From Delftia acidovorans NBRC 14950 (GTDB taxonomy: Bacteria; Pseudomonadota; Gammaproteobacteria; Burkholderiales; Burkholderiaceae_C): DNA of 32,000 nucleotides. The position numbers were made by a program, and so were the translations under genes. Shown here one piece after another: positions 15,677 through 23,855 of this stretch. The DNA lies in the NCBI RefSeq assembly GCF_001598795.1, contig NZ_BCZP01000042.1:1-32000 (forward strand). The letters are read 5' to 3'. The first letter of the stretch is position 1, and each line of letters begins with the position of its first letter. The notes under the pieces were generated by a model, which made no database searches, was not told where the DNA came from, and saw only the letters and a program-made list of their open reading frames with translations.

Positions 15677-16342
15677 CTACCTGGCCTGGAGCCGCCGGCG
15701 ATGCTCCACCACGGTGCCGCGCAACTGCAGTGCCTGCTCGTCGCTGCACAGTGTGGGATGGTCTTCGTTGAGCGGCACCAGCTCGAAGATTTCCGCACCG
15801 GCCTTGTCCAGGCCGCGCACCCGGTACTTGCGCAAGATGGACTGTTGCCGGCAGTCGGTGGCCAGCACGCAGTCCCCGGGCCGCGGCGTCAGGGCTGGAT
15901 CGATGAGCACGCGGTCCCCTTCCCGGATTTCCGGGGCCATGGCGTTGTCTTCCAATCGCACGAAGAACGCACGAGGCGATGCGTTGTCGCTGGCGACTTC
16001 GATGCCCAGGAACTGCTCGTCGTCGGCATCGCCCATGGCGTCTTCTGCGCTGCGGCCGCCGGCCTGCTGCAGGCCAAGCAGCGGGTAGCGGCGTGTGCCC
16101 TGGGGCAGTTGGCGCTGCAGCGCTGCGGCATCGGCCGACATGGGGCCCTTGCCGCATTCCAGCCACAGGGCCGAGACACCGCACAGGGACGCGAGCGTGG
16201 CTGTTTTGGAGGTGCCGCTTCCGCTTCTCTCAAGGTCAGCAATGGTCGATTGCCCCATGCCCGCCTGGCGGCCCAGCTGCGCTTGGGTAAGACCCGCGAG
16301 ACTGCGAGCGCTTTTGAGACGTTGGCCGAAATCGGTTGACAT
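15677..16342 (-). CDS. CI/LexA-like repressor 2: XRE-type HTH + peptidase S24-fold domain (nucleophile Ser replaced by Ala)
   Basis: HTH: LKSARSLAGLTQAQLGRQAGMGQSTIADLERS. C-terminal FFVRLEDNAMAPEIREGDRVLIDP...GDCVLATDCRQQSILRKYRV...LVPLNEDH aligns with lambda CI EVEGNSMTAP...FTFKKL...LQPLNPQ. Confidence 0.85.
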   Translation of the reverse strand: MSTDFGQRLKSARSLAGLTQAQLGRQAGMGQSTIADLERSGSGTSKTATLASLCGVSALWLECGKGPMSADAAALQRQLPQGTRRYPLLGLQQAGGRSAEDAMGDADDEQFLGIEVASDNASPRAFFVRLEDNAMAPEIREGDRVLIDPALTPRPGDCVLATDCRQQSILRKYRVRGLDKAGAEIFELVPLNEDHPTLCSDEQALQLRGTVVEHRRRLQAR

Positions 16343-16345
16343 GCT

Positions 16346-16409
16346 CCGTAGCTTACGGAAAACCGATATGTCAAATTCGATTGTAAAAAAATCGACTTTT
16401 CGATAGCAT
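16346..16409. promoter_or_regulatory. Repressor-2 / cro-like intergenic control region: palindromes and a candidate promoter
   Basis: CCGTA-GCT-TACGG at 16346-16358. TCGATT-gtaaaaa-AATCGA at 16377-16395. TTGTAA (16381-16386), a 17-nt spacer, then TAGCAT (16404-16409), whose last base is 7 nt before the A of the cro-like ATG at 16416. Confidence 0.35.
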
Positions 16410-16415
16410 GAAACT

Positions 16416-16649
16416 ATGGAATGGAAAGACTACCTCGCCAGACTTGCTGCGAAGGGTGTCAGTCAAAGCCAGATCGCCCGCGAAGTGGGCTGCGGTCAAG
16501 CAACGATTTCTGACCTCGCATTGGGCAAGACCAAAGAGCCGCGCACATCCCTGGGTATGGCGCTCATGCGCATCGGGGACCGCTGCGGCATCAAGACTCC
16601 GTACGGTGCCCCGCCTTCGGCACACGATGATGAGAGGTCCTGTGGCTGA
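16416..16649 (+). CDS. Cro-like small HTH protein (77 aa)
   Basis: MEWKDYLARLAAKGVSQSQIAREVGCGQATISDLALGKTKEP contains a helix-turn-helix. It is divergent from repressor 2, as in a phage immunity switch. Its stop (16647-16649) overlaps the start of paralogue B. Confidence 0.7.
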   Translation: MEWKDYLARLAAKGVSQSQIAREVGCGQATISDLALGKTKEPRTSLGMALMRIGDRCGIKTPYGAPPSAHDDERSCG

Positions 16650-17340
16650 GACCACGCACCTCACCCACCGCTTCACCCGAGGGCTTCGCTTTGACGGACT
16701 GTGGACCTACTCGGCGCTCACGCCTTCAGGCCGAGCCTATTGGGCACGACTGCCGGCAACCCGGGCAGGCGGCATGGCTGCAGCAGATCCACAGCGGGCC
16801 TGGTGGTGCGTGCGCCAGTGCGTTGCAGTGCTCAATCGCAGGCCCTGGCGTTCCGCGCATCTGCCCTCGGGCCTGCCTGCGCAGCCGGAATGTGGCGATG
16901 TGGCGCTGGCCCTGGGCGCAATGCTTGCGGACTGGAACGTGAAGGTGCTCGATGACCCCTCGACACAGGCGCCGCTGCTGCGCAGCACCGATGCGCTGCT
17001 TGCCGGTGGCTGCTCTTTGCTGCAACTGCAGACCGAGGATTCAAGCGATGGCGTGCAAGCCGTTTTCTGGGCCTGGGTGATCGGCGTGGAAATGCACGAG
17101 AGGTTCCAGCGCGCCAAGCGCATTTCAGCCTTTGACATGCCCGGGCGTCCTAGCGCGCTGCTGATCTGGCCCTTCGGCTCGCCCCTGGCATGGAATCACG
17201 CCTTGAGGGTGACGGTGGATGGCGAGGGGCTGTGTGATGTGGATGGCCTGGATGCGCGCGCAAGCCGGTACCGCTGCACGGCGGCCATCACGCTGGAGCC
17301 ACTGAGCAACGACATTGCCATCAACGGCAGCTTCTCCTGA
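16642..17340 (+). CDS. Uncharacterised Trp/Cys-motif protein, paralogue B (about 232 aa)
   Basis: Same motif set as A (GLRFDGLWTY, DPQRAWWCVRQCVAVL, GGCSLLQLQTE, FWAWVIGVEMH, LLIWPFG, GLC-x11-C.AAITL). GTG at 16642 is preceded by GAGAGG 4 nt upstream. In-frame ATGs at 16627/16630 are alternatives. The rest of the 310-aa track ORF upstream overlaps cro in another frame. Confidence 0.65.
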   Translation: MAETTHLTHRFTRGLRFDGLWTYSALTPSGRAYWARLPATRAGGMAAADPQRAWWCVRQCVAVLNRRPWRSAHLPSGLPAQPECGDVALALGAMLADWNVKVLDDPSTQAPLLRSTDALLAGGCSLLQLQTEDSSDGVQAVFWAWVIGVEMHERFQRAKRISAFDMPGRPSALLIWPFGSPLAWNHALRVTVDGEGLCDVDGLDARASRYRCTAAITLEPLSNDIAINGSFS

Positions 17341-17372
17341 CCGGCTTTTTCTGACCGGCTTTTCCTGACCCG
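17337..17372 (+). repeat. 14-bp tandem repeat (2.6 copies) at the B/C junction
   Basis: CTGACCGGCTTTTT / CTGACCGGCTTTTC / CTGACCCG. The first TGA is the stop of paralogue B. Because the unit is 14 nt, the three TGAs fall in three different frames. Confidence 0.8.
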
Positions 17373-17377
17373 ATGAA

Positions 17378-18121
17378 ATGCAGAACTCCAATCTCACGCC
17401 AGAGCAGTACGAGCGGGAAATTCCGCTGGAGCCAAGTAGTCCCGGTCAACGCCTCATCAGCGGCCTGCTCTTTGATGGTCACTGGCAATACATAAGGCGT
17501 GCGGAAGCCGGCAAGACCAGCTGGACACAGCTGCCGATGGCCTCCGACCTTGCTGGCCCGGCCGACCCTTATGGCACCTGGTGGTGCGTTCGCCGGTGCG
17601 CCGTGGTTCTGGAGCAGCACCACTGGTTGTTCCTGCGGCTGCCCGTTCACCTGCCCCCGCTTCCCGACGTGGAGGAGCTGGCGCAGATCCTTGATGTGCT
17701 GCTGCCCGATTGGGACGTGCAGGCACCTGCGGAATGCGCCCGGACGCCCTTGCTGTGCGCCCAGGCAGTCGAGCAGGGAGGCAGTGCCTTGCTGATGCTG
17801 GAGTCACCGGAATGCGAAGGGCCCAAGCCGGGCATTTTCTGGGCCTGGGTGGTGGGGTACGAGCCGGAGCTGCCGTTGTCGTGCACCGACGATTGCGTTG
17901 CGTCCGAAACGTTGCCGTCAGCGGGTGCGCAGGCCATGGCGCCTCCCAAGGCTTTGCTTGCCATGCCCTTTGGCTCGACCCTGCCCTGGTCCAGCGGGTA
18001 CGCCACCCGGATCCAGGTGCAAGCCGACGGGACCTGCCTCCTGCATGATGCGGGCGGCCCCTGGCACCCATGCCAGTGGCTTGGCACGGTCACGCTTGCA
18101 GCCAGGCCCGCACCGGACTGA
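17378..18121 (+). CDS. Uncharacterised Trp/Cys-motif protein, paralogue C (247 aa)
   Basis: GLLFDGHWQY, DPYGTWWCVRRCAVVL, GGSALLMLESP, FWAWVVGYE, LLAMPFGSTLPW, GTC-x11-C.W.GTVTL. It has a longer N-terminus and a longer insert after the FWAWV motif. Confidence 0.65.
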   Translation: MQNSNLTPEQYEREIPLEPSSPGQRLISGLLFDGHWQYIRRAEAGKTSWTQLPMASDLAGPADPYGTWWCVRRCAVVLEQHHWLFLRLPVHLPPLPDVEELAQILDVLLPDWDVQAPAECARTPLLCAQAVEQGGSALLMLESPECEGPKPGIFWAWVVGYEPELPLSCTDDCVASETLPSAGAQAMAPPKALLAMPFGSTLPWSSGYATRIQVQADGTCLLHDAGGPWHPCQWLGTVTLAARPAPD

Positions 18122-18143
18122 CGCTGGTGACTCTGCAGCCGCA

Positions 18144-18830
18144 ATGCACATGCCCAGGTCTCCAATTCGTACCTTCATGCCCGGCCTGCGCTTCGATACG
18201 CAATGGCGCTACGAGGTGGGTACACAGACGCGCAAGACGCGCTGGGCCACACTGCCCACGGTTCCCGATGCCCAGTGCCTGCCCGATCCGCTGGGCGCCT
18301 GGTGGTGTGCACGGCGATGCGCTGCCGTGCTGCGGCAACGGGCATGGCTGCAGGTGCAATTGCCGCTGCAGTTGACGCCACAGCCCGGCCCGCAAGAGCT
18401 GGCGCAGGTTCTGGCTTTGCTGCTGCCCGGCTGGAAAGCGCAGCTTGAGAATTTCCCCGCCCTCGCTCCGCTGCGTTGTGCCCAAGCCATGCAGCGGGGC
18501 GGCAGCGCCATGCTGCTGCTGGAAATGCCAGGTCACAGATTTCGCCACCCGGCGCTCTTCTGGACCTGGGTGATCGGCATGGAGCGATCACCGCTGCGCC
18601 TGCGCTCTGCAAAAAATCTCACGCGCCTCGAACCCTATCCACCAGCGCAGCCGCTGCCCGAAACCTTGCTGGCCATGCCCGCCCGCCGCTCAAGGCCCGG
18701 CGCCAACCGCCACGTCACCCGCATCCAGATGGACGCCGCCGGGCGCTGCATCTCGGATGACGCCGCCTGGCCATCGGATGGATGCAGGTGGCTGGCCTGC
18801 ATCACGCTGGAGCAGTTGGGCGGGGGTTGA
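18144..18830 (+). CDS. Uncharacterised Trp/Cys-motif protein, paralogue D (228 aa)
   Basis: The start ATGCACATG resembles the paralogue A start ATGCACATC. Motifs: GLRFDTQWRY, DPLGAWWCARRCAAVL, GGSAMLLLEMP, FWTWVIGME, LLAMPAR, GRC-x11-C.W.ACITL. The upstream part of the 310-aa track ORF overlaps paralogue C out of frame. Confidence 0.65.
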   Translation: MHMPRSPIRTFMPGLRFDTQWRYEVGTQTRKTRWATLPTVPDAQCLPDPLGAWWCARRCAAVLRQRAWLQVQLPLQLTPQPGPQELAQVLALLLPGWKAQLENFPALAPLRCAQAMQRGGSAMLLLEMPGHRFRHPALFWTWVIGMERSPLRLRSAKNLTRLEPYPPAQPLPETLLAMPARRSRPGANRHVTRIQMDAAGRCISDDAAWPSDGCRWLACITLEQLGGG

Positions 18831-18869
18831 GCTGTGGTCGCGGCAGCCAGGCGCCCTGCGCTGCACGCC

Positions 18870-20048
18870 TCAGGTCGGCGTATCCACGTCATCCCAGTCA
18901 TTGCCCTCGAAGCGCACCAGCCAGTTCAGCGCATGGTGGCGTTCCATGAGCACGTCGGCGCTCAGCCCGGCGGGCGCGGGCTGCTGTTGCACCTGGGCCT
19001 GGCGCACGATCCAGTGCAGGCGGTAGTGCTGGTCCAGGGCGTCGAGGATTTCGCTGTCGGGCCGCATGCGTGCGGCATGCAGGGCGCCTTGCAGGTCGCC
19101 CGCCTGCAGCAGGGTGCGCGAGGTGAGCGGCACATCGCAGATGGCGTCGGGGAACGGCAGCGCATCGACCAGGCCCAGCGCCCATTCCAGCAAATACGCG
19201 GCTTCGTAGCGCCAGCCGAACTTGGCGATGGCCTCTTCGGAGGGCTGGGCAGTGGCCATGAATTCGCGCTCGTTGGGGGTGAGCGCAGCCTGGGCGGCCG
19301 GCAGGCGCTGGAACAGCTGCTCGGGCGTGAGCGGTTCGCCACTGGTCAGTGCTTCGTTCAGTGCGTCGTTCAGTGATTCGGCGCGCACGGCCACGGCCAG
19401 CAGGGCAAAGGCACGGGCGGCGATCTCGTCGGGTGCGCGCATGCGCAGTTCGGGCTCGGAGATCAGCGGCGGCAGGCTGGCCGCTGGCGTGAAGCCGCGC
19501 TGCGCCAGCACCTGTTCGCTGCGCTGCTTGCGATGCCAGGCCTGCTGCGGATAGGGCAGCGCAGCCTGGTCATCAGGCTCGGCGCCGCTGGCATCCAGCA
19601 GGATGCGGCCCTGCGGGTCGCGGATGCTGCCGTCCGTCAGAAAGGCGATGGCGTTGGCGCGCTGTGCCCAGCCGGCAAAGGCATCGAGCTGGGCCGGCGC
19701 AATGCCCAGGCTCAGGTGCTGCTGCACGCGCTGGATGTGGCGCATGGCGTGGTAGCGGTTGCGCGTCATCTGCCCATCGCCGCGCCCCAGCACATAGCCG
19801 ACAAAGCCTGAAAGATGCGATGCCAGTTCGGGGTCCGACAGATCGCGGCGCCCGGCCAGCGTGTGCGCAAAGTCAAGCGCGGGAAGGTCCCAGACGGTGC
19901 AGTAGGCGTTGATGAGTACTTCGTCTTCTGCGGCATCCGACTGGGGTTCGTGCGGCTGGTGCTGGTTTTGCGGGTGTTCCTGTTGGCGAGCGGGCTCGGG
20001 GGCGGGCTTGCTGAATGCGGTCTTGAGGCGGGTGAGGAGGTTTTTCAT
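18870..20048 (-). CDS. DUF4272-domain protein (C-terminal half) with an uncharacterised N-terminal half (392 aa)
   Basis: The C-terminal ...FGWRYEAAYLLEWALGLVDALPFP...HYRLHWIVRQA...LMERHHALNWLVRFEGNDWDDVDTPT matches my recollection of the DUF4272 signature (…ERHxALNWL…WDxVxTxT). Start set at MKNLLTRLK (20048). The 25-codon upstream extension is low-complexity. Confidence 0.6.
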   Translation of the reverse strand: MKNLLTRLKTAFSKPAPEPARQQEHPQNQHQPHEPQSDAAEDEVLINAYCTVWDLPALDFAHTLAGRRDLSDPELASHLSGFVGYVLGRGDGQMTRNRYHAMRHIQRVQQHLSLGIAPAQLDAFAGWAQRANAIAFLTDGSIRDPQGRILLDASGAEPDDQAALPYPQQAWHRKQRSEQVLAQRGFTPAASLPPLISEPELRMRAPDEIAARAFALLAVAVRAESLNDALNEALTSGEPLTPEQLFQRLPAAQAALTPNEREFMATAQPSEEAIAKFGWRYEAAYLLEWALGLVDALPFPDAICDVPLTSRTLLQAGDLQGALHAARMRPDSEILDALDQHYRLHWIVRQAQVQQQPAPAGLSADVLMERHHALNWLVRFEGNDWDDVDTPT

Positions 20049-20058
20049 GTTCACGGGC

Positions 20059-20088
20059 TTGGTTCCGGGGTTGGTTCCGGGATTGGGA
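20059..20088. repeat. 12-bp tandem repeat just upstream of the DUF4272 gene start
   Basis: TTGGTTCCGGGG / TTGGTTCCGGGA / TTGGGA(GC). On the minus strand this would read PNPGTNPGT if the longer start at 20123 were used. Confidence 0.6.
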
Positions 20089-20144
20089 GCGGCAGGAATC
20101 ACCCCGCCTCTTGGCCACAGCACGGCCTGCAGGCGGCGGGTGAC

Positions 20145-21686
<1,542 letters not shown>

Positions 21687-21748
21687 CCTAGCGGAGTCGC
21701 CTTGGGTCCCCTTGAGATCCCTTTTGGCAGCCTGCGGGTCTGCCGCGC

Positions 21749-22069
21749 TCAGCCCTGCGCGATGGCGACCTGGGCGCAGATGGCGCGGCACATCTGCGCC
21801 GCCTGCGCGTTGGCGATGAAGTAGTAGATGCTGACGCCTTCGCGACGCCGGCCCAGCACGCCGGCCTGGTACAGCGTGTTCAGGTGCTGGGACATGTTGG
21901 GCTGCGTGGTGGTGATGTCGGCGAGCAGTTCGGTCACGTTCTTCTCGCCATGGCACAACACGCTGATGATCTTCAGGCGCACGGGCGCCGCCATGGCACG
22001 GAACAGCTCCGCAGCGCTCTCGAACACGCTGTCGTCGCTCAGGTCCATGCTGTCATTGCGGCTGTCCAT
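21749..22069 (-). CDS. ArsR/SmtB-family transcriptional regulator (two-Cys, BigR/YgaV-like layout)
   Basis: AELFRAMAAPVRLKIISVLCHGEKNVTELLADITTTQPNMSQHLNTLYQAGVLGRRREGVSIYY is an ArsR wHTH. Cys residues lie in helix 2 (VLCHGE) and near the C-terminus (QMCRAICAQ). Confidence 0.85.
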   Translation of the reverse strand: MDSRNDSMDLSDDSVFESAAELFRAMAAPVRLKIISVLCHGEKNVTELLADITTTQPNMSQHLNTLYQAGVLGRRREGVSIYYFIANAQAAQMCRAICAQVAIAQG

Positions 22070-22340
22070 AGGCGTCTGTCATCCTGGTAATGGCGGGTGG
22101 GCGGGTTGGCGGGCCGGCATGCTCGCCGCCCCATCGGGCTAGTTTATAGCCCGCAGGGCGGCAGCGCAGGCTCGGCCCGGCTCGGGCTCGGCTTGATCTA
22201 CGGCAAGGCGCCGTGTCATCGCTCAGAAATCAACCGTGGCCGACAGCAGGACTTGCCCAAGGCAGGCCGCACAGCGGCATCGGAGCCATCGCTCCGATGT
22301 CCAGGCTCAAATCTGCAAACCAGCTCTTGCCGGTTCACAG

Positions 22341-23654
22341 CTAGCGCGGCAGCAGGCCCGGCAGTATGGCATTCAGATCCACCGCATCGGCCATGGCGCG
22401 GTTGCCTTCGTCGCCAGGATGCAGCCGGTCGCCCGAGTCGAAGCGCGCCGCCATGCGGGAGGGATGGGCGCCATCGCGCAGCACGGCGTCGAAGTCGATG
22501 ACGGCATCGAAGGCACCGCCCAACCGTATCCATGCATTCACCTGCCGGCGCAGGTCGTCCTTTTCGGCCTGGTAGTAGTCGTCCAGCGGCGTGCCTGGCA
22601 AGGCGCCCTCGAAGGGCGGCAAGGTGGCGCCGATCACGCGCAGGCCGTGGCTGCGCGCCCTGGCAACCAGCTGGCGATAGCCCTCTGCCATGTCCTGCAG
22701 GGTGGGACGCGGCGCCTGCCGCGCAAAGGCCGTGCCGGGCCAGGAAATATCGTTGATGCCCAGCAGCACGATGAGGCTGCGCACACCGGGCTGGGCCAAC
22801 ACATCACGCTCCAGCCGCGCCAGCGCATGCTCGCCCATGCCATCCGACAGCAGGCGCGCGCCCGAAATGCCGGCATTGACCACCGCCGCGCCGTGCGGCG
22901 CAAGGCGCGCGGCCAGGAAGTCCGGCCAGCGGCTGTCCCGGTCCAGGCTGGCCGTGGCGCCGTCGGTGATGGAGTCGCCCATCACCGCTACCACGGGCAC
23001 CGCAGGCTCCGCGAGGTCGGCCTCGACCTGAATACCCGCCAACAGCGGGCGGGCCGTGCTGCTGATTGCGCCAGGGTCCGAAGTCCGCAGCGCCGCAGCA
23101 GAGGACTGGTCGCCCGCCACGATCCAGCCGGTCTGGCGCCCATCCCAGTGAAAACTCTGCACAGGCGTGACGCCGGGCAGGTACAGGCTCACGGCCACCT
23201 GCGACAGCGAGGCCAGCGGCAATGCCACAGGGTCGCTGACCAGGGATGCGCCTGCGGCAATGGTGGCTTGCGCGCTGCCGCCAAAAGTCACGGCCTGCAG
23301 GCTGCCAGCGTCAATGGCGCCCTCCGGCAACGGCTTTGCCACGGTCGCCCTGCCCACGGTCACAGGCTGGCCGCCATAGGCGTTGGACAGCACGATGCGC
23401 AGGCGCGGCCCGCCCAGGCTGATGCGCGCCACCTGGCGCACGGTCTGGTCCTGCAGAACGGCGGGCAGGTTGGTAGGAAAGAGGAAGTCCGCCCCCCAGA
23501 CTGGCTGCGGGCTGGCCTGCCACGTGGCAGCCCAGTTGGAGGCTTCAGCCGAACCCGCCGGCACCGTCGAATCCGCCATGGCTGGCGTGGAAATCAAAAG
23601 CGCCAGAAGGACTGCGCCCGAGGCCGTGGAAAGCGATGGAAAAAGTTGCCGCAT
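22341..23654 (-). CDS. Secreted SGNH/GDSL-family hydrolase with an N-terminal accessory domain
   Basis: Signal peptide MRQLFPSLSTASGAVLLALLISTPAMA. Block I: VVAVMGDSITDG. Then LLGINDI and ...DRLHPGDEGNRAMA (DxxH block V). Confidence 0.8.
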   Translation of the reverse strand: MRQLFPSLSTASGAVLLALLISTPAMADSTVPAGSAEASNWAATWQASPQPVWGADFLFPTNLPAVLQDQTVRQVARISLGGPRLRIVLSNAYGGQPVTVGRATVAKPLPEGAIDAGSLQAVTFGGSAQATIAAGASLVSDPVALPLASLSQVAVSLYLPGVTPVQSFHWDGRQTGWIVAGDQSSAAALRTSDPGAISSTARPLLAGIQVEADLAEPAVPVVAVMGDSITDGATASLDRDSRWPDFLAARLAPHGAAVVNAGISGARLLSDGMGEHALARLERDVLAQPGVRSLIVLLGINDISWPGTAFARQAPRPTLQDMAEGYRQLVARARSHGLRVIGATLPPFEGALPGTPLDDYYQAEKDDLRRQVNAWIRLGGAFDAVIDFDAVLRDGAHPSRMAARFDSGDRLHPGDEGNRAMADAVDLNAILPGLLPR

Positions 23655-23764
23655 GAAAGAAACCCGATGTCTGTCGATGGCGGGATCATGGATTCAAGGG
23701 CTGCGCGGGACTAGACGGTCTGCTGGAACACCATCTATGAATGGAAGGCATCAACCAGCGGACG

Positions 23765-23796
23765 AAAAAAAAGCCCCTGCCTCGGAAGGCAGGGGC
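23765..23796 (-). terminator. Rho-independent terminator after tctA
   Basis: The minus strand reads GCCCCTGCC-ttccga-GGCAGGGGC followed by TTTTTTTT (9-bp G+C-rich stem plus an 8-U tract), 60 nt past the tctA stop. Confidence 0.85.
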
Positions 23797-23855
23797 TGTC
23801 AGGGGCCCGGGGCGCCATGCGTGACACCGCCGGGCCGGCTAGCAACGGGTTGGCA

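Noticed and set aside
14890-16184. 302-aa and 313-aa minus-strand ORFs across paralogue A and repressor 2
   Set aside because: Their translations are Arg/Ala/Pro-rich. They are not conserved opposite paralogues B, C and D in a comparable way. The plus-strand frame shows third-position variation between the paralogues, which supports it instead.
17337-20088. Short tandem repeats (14-bp at 17337, 12-bp at 20059) considered as a CRISPR-like array
   Set aside because: The units are directly adjacent with no spacers, are far shorter than CRISPR repeats, and number only 2-3 copies. There are no cas genes in the window.
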